DNA of 14,933 nt from a bacterium (GCA_044868695.1 JBIOWP010000091.1:1-14933), one strand, 5' to 3'; positions 1 through 7,301 are shown, counted from the stretch's first letter. Notes: a model not told the origin generated them from the sequence alone. Program-made: numbers and translations.

Positions 1-240
1 AATGCTCTCCTGGATGCCCGCGCCGATGGACACGACGACGGCATCGAAGTTGGTGATGCCGACGGCGCGCGGCGCTTCCGGATCCGTGGAGTCCAGCTGG
101 ACCGAATGTGTGGACGAATCCTGGACACGGCGCAGTGCGTCTTCGTCTTTGTCAATCGCCAGGACGCGGTGGCCCATCTCGTACAGCGTACGCACGACGT
201 TGCTGCCAAACCGCCCGATCCCGATCACGGCAAAATCCAT
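1..240 (-). CDS. ktrA: KtrA/TrkA-family potassium uptake regulatory subunit (RCK/NAD-binding), truncated at the window edge
   Basis: Not in the ORF track; translated by hand from the ATG at 240: MDFAVIGIGRFGSNVVRTLYEMGHRVLAIDKDEDALRRVQDSSTHSVQLDSTDPE...ITNFDAVVVSIGAGIQESI. It has the Rossmann GxGxxG motif typical of TrkA_N, a GGAGG/GAGG SD upstream, and lies directly after ktrB. Confidence 0.93.
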   Translation of the reverse strand, partial: MDFAVIGIGRFGSNVVRTLYEMGHRVLAIDKDEDALRRVQDSSTHSVQLDSTDPEAPRAVGITNFDAVVVSIGAGIQESI

Positions 241-264
241 ATGCCTCGCCTCCGCGGTCCCACG

Positions 265-1620
265 CTATCCAATGTACACCCGCTCCTCGGGGTACCGGAA
301 GTTCGCCGGCTGCAGCCGCCGGGTCAGCGCGAACGCCACCGTCAGGAGCCCCACACGTCCGGTGAAGATCGTGGCGATCAGCAGCACCCGGCCCATCATC
401 CCGAGGCCGGGCGTAATGCCCGTAGACAACCCGACGGTGCCAAACCCGGACACCACCTCAAACAACGCGGAAAGGAACGGCAGGCTCTCGGCCAGTGACA
501 GCAAGGTGGCCATCGTGACCACGAACGCCACCCCTCCGAGGGCGATGGTCACCGCTTTGTAGATGACGACCGGAGGCAGGCGGCGCTTGAACAGCTCCGG
601 GTCAGGACGGCCGCGCAGCATGGAGAGAATGACGGCCATCGGCGCAACGAACGTCGTGGTTTTGATGCCGCCCCCCGTGCCGCCCGGCGAGGCGCCGATG
701 AACATCAGCGCAATGATCAGCATGAGGGTCGGCTCCCGCAGGCCGGCTATGTCCAGCGTATTGAACCCGGCGGTCCGCGGGGCGACGCTCTGGAAGAATG
801 CCGCGAGCGCCTTCCCGCCCCACGACAGGGAGCCCAGCGTCCTCGTGTTGGATGCCTCCAGCAGCAGGATCAGAAGCGTCCCCAGCAGGATCAAGATCGC
901 CGTCGTCGTCAGCACGACCCGGGCGTGCAGGGTGTACCGCCGCGGGCGGAAGAGGTCAGTCAGCACCGTGAATCCCAACCCGCCCGTGATGAAGAGGGCA
1001 GCGAAGGTCAGAGTCAGCACCGGATCGGTCACGTACTGGGTCAGGCTGCGGAATCCTCCCATCAGGTCGAAGCCCGCGTTGTTGAACGCCGAGATGCTGT
1101 GGAAGACGGCGAAGTAGACGCCCCGGGAAAACCCGAACTCGGGGACCCACCGCAACGCAATGATCGCTGCGCCGGCGAGCTCAATCACCAGAGTCAGCAA
1201 GGCGACGGTGCGTGTGAACCGGACGATGCCGCCGACGGTATAGAGGTTGTGGGACTCCTGGAGGACGAGCCGCTCGCGCAGACCGATCCGGCGGCCGATG
1301 ACCAGCGCCATGAGCGTGGCGACGGTCATGTACCCCAGACCGCCCAGCTGAATCAGCACGAGGATGACCAGCTCGCCGAACCGCGAGTAGTAGTCGGCGG
1401 TGTCGACGACGACCAGCCCGGTGACGCAGGTGGCCGACGTGGCGGTGAACAGCGCGGTCAAGAACGGGCTCGGCGTCCCATCCGCCGTGGCGACCGGGAG
1501 CGACAACAGCGTCGCCCCCGCCAGGATGATGACGGCGAATCCGGCAATGATGGCCTGCGCAGGATTGAGTTCGAGCCGGGCAAGTGCTGAGCGCTTGGGC
1601 AGGACCAGCACCCTGGCCAT
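265..1620 (-). CDS. ktrB: KtrB/TrkH-family potassium uptake membrane subunit
   Basis: 451 aa polytopic protein with four pore-loop glycine motifs (SATCVTGL, SAFNNAGF, PRTAGF, GFGTVGL), the FIGASPGGTGGGIKTTT motif and a C-terminal YPEERVYIG. SD GGGAGG upstream. Confidence 0.95.
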   Translation of the reverse strand: MARVLVLPKRSALARLELNPAQAIIAGFAVIILAGATLLSLPVATADGTPSPFLTALFTATSATCVTGLVVVDTADYYSRFGELVILVLIQLGGLGYMTVATLMALVIGRRIGLRERLVLQESHNLYTVGGIVRFTRTVALLTLVIELAGAAIIALRWVPEFGFSRGVYFAVFHSISAFNNAGFDLMGGFRSLTQYVTDPVLTLTFAALFITGGLGFTVLTDLFRPRRYTLHARVVLTTTAILILLGTLLILLLEASNTRTLGSLSWGGKALAAFFQSVAPRTAGFNTLDIAGLREPTLMLIIALMFIGASPGGTGGGIKTTTFVAPMAVILSMLRGRPDPELFKRRLPPVVIYKAVTIALGGVAFVVTMATLLSLAESLPFLSALFEVVSGFGTVGLSTGITPGLGMMGRVLLIATIFTGRVGLLTVAFALTRRLQPANFRYPEERVYIG

Positions 1621-1643
1621 GGCGCCTCCCTACCGTCGCACGG

Positions 1644-2003
1644 TTACGACTTCAGGCCCTCTTTCGCTTTGGCGACGAGCTCCGCAAACGCGACGCTGTC
1701 CCGGACCGCGAGATCGGCAAGGACCTTCCGGTTCACCATCACGCCGGCCTTGCGCAGACCGTTGATCAGCCGGCTGTACGATACGCCGTTGGTTCGAGCC
1801 GCGGCGTTGATGCGGGCGACCCACAGGCGGCGGAAGTCGCGCTTGCGCGCGCGCCGGTCGCGGTAGGCGGCCGCCAGCGCCCGGACCACGAACTGGTTGG
1901 CCAGCTTGTACCAGCGCCGTTTGGCCCCATAGAACCCTCTGGCCAACTTGAGCACCTTCTTGTGCCGGCGGCGTACCGTTACGCCGCGCTTGACCCGCGT
2001 CAT
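1644..2003 (-). CDS. rplT: 50S ribosomal protein L20 (bL20)
   Basis: MTRVKRGV...[25 protein letters not shown]...YSRLINGL...NRKVLADLA; canonical position after rpmI. Confidence 0.99.
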   Translation of the reverse strand: MTRVKRGVTVRRRHKKVLKLARGFYGAKRRWYKLANQFVVRALAAAYRDRRARKRDFRRLWVARINAAARTNGVSYSRLINGLRKAGVMVNRKVLADLAVRDSVAFAELVAKAKEGLKS

Positions 2004-2023
2004 CTACCCTCACCCCGACTCAC

Positions 2024-2101
2024 ATTTCGAATTGCGAATTGTCAATTGCGGATTGCACTGCTGCTCGTCAAATCCGCAATCGTCAATCCGCAATTCGCAA
2101 T
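2024..2101. repeat. Inverted array of degenerate heptamers (ATTGCGR x5 / YCGCAAT x5) forming a long hairpin
   Basis: Left arm 2024-2058: atttcga attgcga attgtca attgcgg attgcac. Right arm 2067-2101: gtcaaat ccgcaat cgtcaat ccgcaat tcgcaat. Confidence 0.85.
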
Positions 2102-2108
2102 TGTGTAT

Positions 2109-2306
2109 CTATCGGTACGGCAGCAGCGCTTCAACCTTCCGCCGGAGGCGCCGGTCGACTTCCACCTTCTGCGCCAGCGTCCGCAGCCGTTTCTGTGATT
2201 TGACGACCTTCAGGTGCCCGGCCATCTGCCGGCCCCGCATCAGCTTCCCGCGGGCGGTCACCCTGATGCGCTTCGCCGTCCCCTGGTGCGTCTTGGCCTT
2301 CCCCAT
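2109..2306 (-). CDS. rpmI: 50S ribosomal protein L35 (bL35)
   Basis: 65 aa basic protein MGKAKTHQGTAKRIRVTARGKL...GHL...LLPY, located between infC and rplT. Confidence 0.97.
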   Translation of the reverse strand: MGKAKTHQGTAKRIRVTARGKLMRGRQMAGHLKVVKSQKRLRTLAQKVEVDRRLRRKVEALLPYR

Positions 2307-2319
2307 CGCGATGCTCCCG

Positions 2320-2826
2320 TCACCCCTTCTTGGGGGTGAGAATCATGATCATGTTGCGGCCTTCCATCAGGGGCGGCCGTTCCACCATCCCGACGTCGGC
2401 CACGATCTCCGCCAGCCTGGACAGCAGCTGCTCTCCGGCTTTGGGGTAAGCCATCTCCCGGCCGCGAAACCAGACCGACGCCCGGACCTTGTTCCCATCT
2501 TTGAGAAACTCGTAGACGTGCTTCGCCTTGACCTGAAAGTCGTGCTCGCCGATCTTCGGACTCAACCGCATCCCCTTGATGTCGCTGGCCCGGCGGTGGC
2601 TTCCCCGGCTCTTCTTCTGCTGTTCATACTTGTACTTTCCGTAATCGATGATCCGGCAGACGGGCGGCGTCGATGTCGGCGCCACCTCGACCAGGTCGAG
2701 CTCCGCCTCGGCGGCTTTCGCCAGCGCCTCGCGGATGTTCAAGATACCAAGCTGCTCCCCGTTGGGTCCGATGACCCTGACCTCCCGCGCACGGATCTTC
2801 TCGTTCACTCGTGGCTCGCGTTCGAT
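2320..2826 (-). CDS. infC: Translation initiation factor IF-3; probable non-canonical ATC start at 2826 (ORF track starts at GTG 2808)
   Basis: NEKIRAREVRVIG...LDLVEVAP...PPVCRIIDYGKYKY...FRGREMA...EGRNMIMILTP. SD GGAGGT (2835-2840) lies 8 nt from the in-frame ATC, and an in-frame TAG at 2833-2835 caps the frame. Confidence 0.97.
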   Translation of the reverse strand: MEREPRVNEKIRAREVRVIGPNGEQLGILNIREALAKAAEAELDLVEVAPTSTPPVCRIIDYGKYKYEQQKKSRGSHRRASDIKGMRLSPKIGEHDFQVKAKHVYEFLKDGNKVRASVWFRGREMAYPKAGEQLLSRLAEIVADVGMVERPPLMEGRNMIMILTPKKG

Positions 2827-2868
2827 GCTCCCCTACCTCCTGCGTCCTTTGTGACGAACGGTCGCGGC

Positions 2869-2900
2869 AACAAAAACGGGAATGGCAGCAGCCATCCCCG
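2869..2900 (-). terminator. Intrinsic terminator (attenuator) of the L20 leader
   Basis: Minus strand CGGGGATGGC-TGCT-GCCATTCCCG-TTTTTGTT: 10-bp stem with one G-U pair, 4-nt loop and a U-tract. Confidence 0.85.
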
Positions 2901-2980
2901 GCAACGTCTTCGTTCCGTCGGTGTCGACCGGCACGACCTGGTTGCATCGGCCGGTGAGAAGCGGATGGCTTCTACTTTGG
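2869..2980 (-). promoter_or_regulatory. Ribosomal protein L20 leader (autogenous attenuator RNA)
   Basis: Starts AAGTAGAAGC-CATCC-GCTTCTCACC, matching from memory the 5' motif of the Firmicutes L20 leader. It is followed by the ACCGGC/GCCGGT stem (2955-2950 with 2932-2927) and the terminator, directly upstream of infC-rpmI-rplT. Confidence 0.85.
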
Positions 2981-2998
2981 TCGATCACAACGCTGCGA

Positions 2999-3027
2999 AG
3001 TATAGCATAGGGCCCTATCCGGCGCAA
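2999..3027 (-). promoter_or_regulatory. sigma70/sigmaA-type promoter of the infC operon
   Basis: -35 TTGCGC (3027-3022), 17-nt spacer, extended -10 TG-C-TATACT (hexamer 3004-2999), immediately upstream of the L20 leader. Confidence 0.75.
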
Positions 3028-3044
3028 ATAGTTCAGCGGGCAGG

Positions 3045-3722
3045 CTACCCTCCATCTTCCCTCAGGATCTCCAGCGTGGCCTGCAGCGTCTTGATGCGGA
3101 GTTTCCGGTCGCTGATCAGGCCCTCTTTGTCGTCCGCCCCCGCATAGCGCTCCAGTATGGCCCGGTCGTCGAGATCCCCTTCAAGCGGCTCCACCTCGCC
3201 GCGCATCAGCGCTAGGTCGCGCTGGTAGCGGTCGATGGTGCGGCGGATATGCCCGACTGACCGGAAGGGCCGCGCCGCCACCGTCCAGGGGCGCCCTTCT
3301 CGCGTCCGGCCGCCCTTGAGCGAGATCATGCGGACCAGCGTGCCCATCGGGCTGCTCTGACATTCCACGGTGTCCATCAGCGAGCGGATCAGGTGCATCC
3401 CCCGGCCGATCTCGGCGTCGGGTCGATATGGGTGATCGAGAATAGCGGTGTCAAACCCCTCGCCGTCGTCCTCAACCTCGATCGTCATCGCGCGGGGGTC
3501 CACGGCGTAGCGCAGGGTGACCCAGCTCGTCTTTGCGTGGACGATGACGTTCGTGTAGGCCTCCGACATGGCCACACTCATCTCAAAGGCCTGGGTCTCC
3601 GTGAACCCCGCATGCAGCGCAGTCGCGCGCAGCAACGCGCGGGCGAGGCCGACATATCGCGGCTCCGCAGGATACAGCAGCTCAGCAAATCCCGTGGCAT
3701 CCGCGCGGGGGCGCGGTCCCAT
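3045..3722 (-). CDS. RsbW/SpoIIAB-like anti-sigma factor / Ser kinase (HATPase_c) with an additional C-terminal domain
   Basis: PAEPRYVGLAR, N-box SEAYTNVIVHA, G1 EVEDDGEGFD and G2 GRGMHLIRSLMD, then GTLVRM. Start placed at ATG 3722 because of SD GGAGGT 7 nt upstream (225 aa); the ORF track extends to 3791. Confidence 0.85.
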   Translation of the reverse strand: MGPRPRADATGFAELLYPAEPRYVGLARALLRATALHAGFTETQAFEMSVAMSEAYTNVIVHAKTSWVTLRYAVDPRAMTIEVEDDGEGFDTAILDHPYRPDAEIGRGMHLIRSLMDTVECQSSPMGTLVRMISLKGGRTREGRPWTVAARPFRSVGHIRRTIDRYQRDLALMRGEVEPLEGDLDDRAILERYAGADDKEGLISDRKLRIKTLQATLEILREDGG

Positions 3723-3757
3723 CGTCCGACCTCCACCGGAGGAGCGTTCACGGCCTA

Positions 3758-3782
3758 GTTCCGCTTCTGGGTGGGAAACCCT
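3758..3782 (-). promoter_or_regulatory. Putative sigmaH-like promoter upstream of the RsbW-like gene
   Basis: AGGG-N17-GAAC in the 65-nt intergenic gap; the same spacing occurs upstream of mtnP. The B. subtilis sigmaH pattern is AGGA-N17-GAAT. Confidence 0.35.
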
Positions 3783-3787
3783 TTGGC

Positions 3788-4834
3788 TCAACGTGTTGGG
3801 GCCAGCGCCGTCGCCACGCGGCCGATCGCCTCAAGCGCGCGGTCAACCTGCGCGGCGGCGACGTGGCGATGGGTAACCATGCGGATCGTCGAGGGTCCCG
3901 TCGCCAGCGCCAGTACTCCCGCATCTTTGAGGCGGGACGCAAATTCCGATGCGGAGAGGGGGCCGTCCACGCCGACCAGCACGATGTTGGTTCTCACCCG
4001 GTCGAGGTCCACGCGCAGCCCGGGGATACGGGCCATTCCTCCGGCCAGCCGCCGGGCGTTCGCATGATCCTCCGCCAACCGGGCGACCATGGTGCGCAGC
4101 GCCACCACGCCGGCCGCGGCGATGACCCCCGCCTGGCGCATGCCACCCCCGACCATCTTGCGGAAGCGCCGCGCCCGTTCGAGAAAATCGCGCCGCCCGA
4201 CCAAGACCGAGCCGACGGGAGCCGACAGTCCCTTGCTGACGCAGAACATGACGGAGTCGGCGTGGCGGACCAGCGCAGCCGCCGGCGCGCCCACGGCGAC
4301 GGCGGCATTGAAGATCCGCGCCCCATCCACATGCACGGCAAGCCCGAGTTCATGGGCGACCAGGCAGGTCGCCTCCATCTCATGCGCGTCAAACGGCATG
4401 CCGCCCGCCCGGTTGTGGGTGTTCTCCAGGCAGAGCAGCCGCGGGATGGGATAGTGGATATTCGGCGGGCGGACGGCGCCGCGGACCTGATCCGGGGAGA
4501 TGTAACCGTCGCGCCCGGGAATCGGCCGGGGCACGACCCCAGCCACGGCGGAGATCGAGCCGACTTCGTAGTAGTAGGTGTGAGCCTCCGCCTCCACCAA
4601 CACCTCATCGCCCTTCTGCGTGTGGGTCATGACGGCCACGAGGTTGGCCATCGTCCCACTAGGCACGAACAGCCCCGCCTCCTTGCCCAGCATGTCGGCC
4701 GCCAGCGCTTCCAGCTCGCGGACCGTGGGGTCTTCCCCGAAGACATCGTCGCCCACCGGAGCATGCGCCATGGCCTCGCGCATCTGCTCGGTCGGCTGCG
4801 TAATCGTGTCGCTGCGGAGATCGATTATGTCCAT
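3788..4834 (-). CDS. ltaE: Low-specificity L-threonine aldolase (PLP-dependent)
   Basis: [49 protein letters not shown] lysine motif [12 protein letters not shown], and GGGMRQAG. True start is MDIIDL at 4834; the extension to 5005 overlaps the upstream gene. Confidence 0.95.
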   Translation of the reverse strand: MDIIDLRSDTITQPTEQMREAMAHAPVGDDVFGEDPTVRELEALAADMLGKEAGLFVPSGTMANLVAVMTHTQKGDEVLVEAEAHTYYYEVGSISAVAGVVPRPIPGRDGYISPDQVRGAVRPPNIHYPIPRLLCLENTHNRAGGMPFDAHEMEATCLVAHELGLAVHVDGARIFNAAVAVGAPAAALVRHADSVMFCVSKGLSAPVGSVLVGRRDFLERARRFRKMVGGGMRQAGVIAAAGVVALRTMVARLAEDHANARRLAGGMARIPGLRVDLDRVRTNIVLVGVDGPLSASEFASRLKDAGVLALATGPSTIRMVTHRHVAAAQVDRALEAIGRVATALAPTR

Positions 4835-4856
4835 ATCCTCAAACCAAAATCCGCAA

Positions 4857-5147
4857 TTATTGCCCTGCCTCCTGTCGTGCCGCCTCGTAGAGGGCGATTC
4901 CCTTGCCGGCGATCGCCGACGCCACAACGCCCATGATAAGGAGGAGTCCACTCTTGAACACCAGCGCTCCCGGCAGCGCCATCCACCGGGAGACGGTTTG
5001 ACCATCGGCCGTCGCGATCAGGTCGCGGTACGCGAGCCCGAAGACCGCGACCAGCATCGCGATGCCCAGGACAAACACCCCGATACCCAGCGTCTTGCCG
5101 GCCGCGTCGGCCGCCGCCGACCGGACCGTAATCACCTGCTGTGCCAT
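4857..5147 (-). CDS. Small hypothetical membrane protein (about 2 TM helices)
   Basis: 96 aa with two hydrophobic segments ([40 protein letters not shown]). It fills the gap between mtnP (7 nt away) and ltaE, with a purine-rich SD. Confidence 0.75.
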   Translation of the reverse strand: MAQQVITVRSAAADAAGKTLGIGVFVLGIAMLVAVFGLAYRDLIATADGQTVSRWMALPGALVFKSGLLLIMGVVASAIAGKGIALYEAARQEAGQ

Positions 5148-5154
5148 CTCCCTC

Positions 5155-5955
5155 TCACCCCACTCTCGCGTGTGCGAGCGCGGTCGCGCACGGACAATTG
5201 CGTGCCGCCGGGATTGCGGCGATCATGCGCAGCACCAGCTCCCGCAGCCGCTCGGTATTCTCCTTGAACCGCACCAGCACCTCATGCGCCGTCACCGGAG
5301 CCACCCGCGGATCGCCCTCGACGCCCACATCGTAGTCGGTGATCAGCGAGATGTTCACGTAACAGATTTCCTGCTCGCGGGCCAGCGCGCACTCCGGATA
5401 CTGGGTCATGTTGATGACCTCCCAGCCCTGTGAGCGGAACCACCGGCTCTCCGACCGCGTCGAAAACCGCGGCCCCTGAATCACGACCACCGTCCCGCCG
5501 TCATGCACCGGCCAGTCCATCTGCCCGGCCGTCCGGACCGCAACGGCGCGCAGCGTTGGGCAGAACGGCTCGGCCATGCTGACGTGCGTGACCTCCGGCC
5601 CGTCGTAAAATGTGTCTTTCCGCCCGGAGGTGCGGTCCACATACTGGTCGCAGATCACGAGGTGTCCGGGGGCCACGTGAGGCTGCAGGCTGCCCACGGC
5701 GCAGGGACCCAAGATCCGTGTGACCCCGAGCGACTTCAGCGCGTAGATGTTGGCCCGGTAGTTGATCGCGTGCGGCGGGAGGGTATGCGTCCTGCCGTGG
5801 CGGGGGAGAAACGCGACGGTGCGGCCGGCCACGTCTCCAACGGTGACCACGTCGCTCGACGGCCCATACGGGGTCTCGACCCGGACCTCCCGCGCGCCCG
5901 CGAGGAGCGAGTAGAAGCCCGAACCTCCAATGACGCCGATCTCAGCCTCTTGCAT
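5155..5955 (-). CDS. mtnP: S-methyl-5'-thioadenosine phosphorylase (PNP/MTAP family)
   Basis: [60 protein letters not shown] and a C-terminal CPC. Confidence 0.93.
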   Translation of the reverse strand: MQEAEIGVIGGSGFYSLLAGAREVRVETPYGPSSDVVTVGDVAGRTVAFLPRHGRTHTLPPHAINYRANIYALKSLGVTRILGPCAVGSLQPHVAPGHLVICDQYVDRTSGRKDTFYDGPEVTHVSMAEPFCPTLRAVAVRTAGQMDWPVHDGGTVVVIQGPRFSTRSESRWFRSQGWEVINMTQYPECALAREQEICYVNISLITDYDVGVEGDPRVAPVTAHEVLVRFKENTERLRELVLRMIAAIPAARNCPCATALAHARVG

Positions 5956-5969
5956 ACGGACTCAACACA

Positions 5970-5994
5970 TTTCTTCGCGCGGGGGGAAGCCCCT
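5970..5994 (-). promoter_or_regulatory. Putative sigmaH-like promoter upstream of mtnP
   Basis: AGGG-N17-GAAA ending 14 nt before the mtnP ATG, which lacks a clear SD. Confidence 0.3.
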
Positions 5995-6005
5995 CTCCTC
6001 GTTCC

Positions 6006-7301
6006 CTATGTGAGGTCCGCCAGGGTGCCGTCGTCGGTAAACCGGAGGTCCTCGGGCCGCCCCACCGTCACGCCGGCGTGACCGGCCAGGTCGGGGATCA
6101 CCGACTCGGACACCCGCAACTCCTCCAGGTGCAGCGTGTTGCGAATGCGGGCCATCCGGGCCCGGGTGGGATCCGGCAGCGCCAGGCTGGCCAGCGCGGC
6201 GGCGATGGCGTCGCGGTCCGAGGGCATGGTGATCGGAATGAACGCCCGCTCGAGGAACGTGCTCACGATGTTGTTGACATAGGTCGTGACCGGATCGATG
6301 GCCCCGACGAGGCGGTTCGTGACCACGTCGGCCAGGCCGACGCCTTGGGCGTTGCCTTCCGACGCCTTCGAGAGACGCAGCGCGACAATGCGGCGGACGC
6401 GCGGGCTGGCCGGCTCGGGCATCCCGGGCAGGCGCCAGCGGCCGATGACGTTGGTGTCCATGCCGGTCCCGCTGTAGTCCTTGCCCATCTCGTCCACGAT
6501 CAGCACGTCGAGCGCGTCCACCGGCAGGCGCGCCATCATCTGCCGCGCGTCGCCGAAAAGCTCTCGTTCACGCTGCGGAATCGAGACGGGCAGAATGCCC
6601 TCAACGGCCGCCGTCTCGTCATAGGCGTTCTCCACGATGGCCAGGCCCCCCAGCACGATGCCCGTATCGATCATGACGCGGGCGATTGCGTCGATCGCCG
6701 CGGCCATGCGGTCGGCGCCCTGCCGGTGGATCTGCGTCGCACCCGGTGCTTTGCCCAGGCCAACGGCCAGCATCTTGAGCACCCCACTGCCGAACGGGTC
6801 GGCGAACGCGGTGTGTGGTTTGATCCGGTTGACGACCAGCAGGCCGTCGCAGGCGGCGGCGTTGCGGTCGCAGTAGACTGTCAGCCCGTCAGGGGTCCGG
6901 CCCAGCTCCACGGTGTCCATGTCCGTCATGATCGGAGCGCCGACCGAGTCGGGCGTGATGCCCAGGTGCGCGAGGAGCGCGCGCTGCCCCGCGGCGGTCG
7001 CCCCGCCGTGGCTGCCCATGGCGGCAACGACGATGGGCTCGGCTCCGCGTTCGCGGAGCCAGGCCGCGGTCGCGGAGAGCACCGGGACGATGTCCCGGAT
7101 GCCCCGGCTTCCGGCGGTGAGCGCCACGCGCCGGCCGCGAAGGTCACCCAGGCGCAGCGCATCGAGCTGGCCGCGTACGGCGGCCCGCAGATCGGCCACG
7201 CGCGGCCTGGGAAACGTCACACGCACCGGCGCCATGCGGGGAAAGCTGGCGATGCGGAACGGAAGGGGAAACGGCGCGCGCGCGTCAGTAGGCCGCTTCA
7301 A
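6006..7301 (-). CDS. LarA-superfamily (lactate racemase-like, DUF2088/DUF362-type) protein; start uncertain (TTG 7301 or ATG 7235)
   Basis: Motifs ALTAGSRGI, AMGSHGGAT, VNRIKPHT, KMLAVGLGK, GKDYSGTGMDTNVIGR, GNAQGVGLAD and RIRNTLHL, recognised from this widespread uncharacterised family. Confidence 0.8.
   Translation of the reverse strand: MKRPTDARAPFPLPFRIASFPRMAPVRVTFPRPRVADLRAAVRGQLDALRLGDLRGRRVALTAGSRGIRDIVPVLSATAAWLRERGAEPIVVAAMGSHGGATAAGQRALLAHLGITPDSVGAPIMTDMDTVELGRTPDGLTVYCDRNAAACDGLLVVNRIKPHTAFADPFGSGVLKMLAVGLGKAPGATQIHRQGADRMAAAIDAIARVMIDTGIVLGGLAIVENAYDETAAVEGILPVSIPQRERELFGDARQMMARLPVDALDVLIVDEMGKDYSGTGMDTNVIGRWRLPGMPEPASPRVRRIVALRLSKASEGNAQGVGLADVVTNRLVGAIDPVTTYVNNIVSTFLERAFIPITMPSDRDAIAAALASLALPDPTRARMARIRNTLHLEELRVSESVIPDLAGHAGVTVGRPEDLRFTDDGTLADLT

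Noticed and set aside
1630..1645. Small hairpin after rplT as a terminator
   Set aside because: Only a 5-bp stem with no U-tract, and it abuts the ktrB SD.
2024..2101. Heptamer array as a CRISPR array or IS end
   Set aside because: Units are 7 nt with no unique spacers, and there is no cas or transposase gene and no evident target-site duplication.
2833..3027. 64 aa minus-strand ORF upstream of infC as a leader peptide
   Set aside because: It begins at the -35 box, upstream of the predicted transcription start, and overlaps the structured L20 leader.
3723..3791. N-terminal extension of the RsbW-like ORF
   Set aside because: A strong SD precedes ATG 3722 and the extension covers the probable promoter and UTR, although a coupled TTGA start at 3791 cannot be fully excluded.
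4835..5005. 57 aa N-terminal extension of LtaE in the ORF track
   Set aside because: It overlaps the membrane protein gene in another frame; family similarity begins at MDIIDLRSD.
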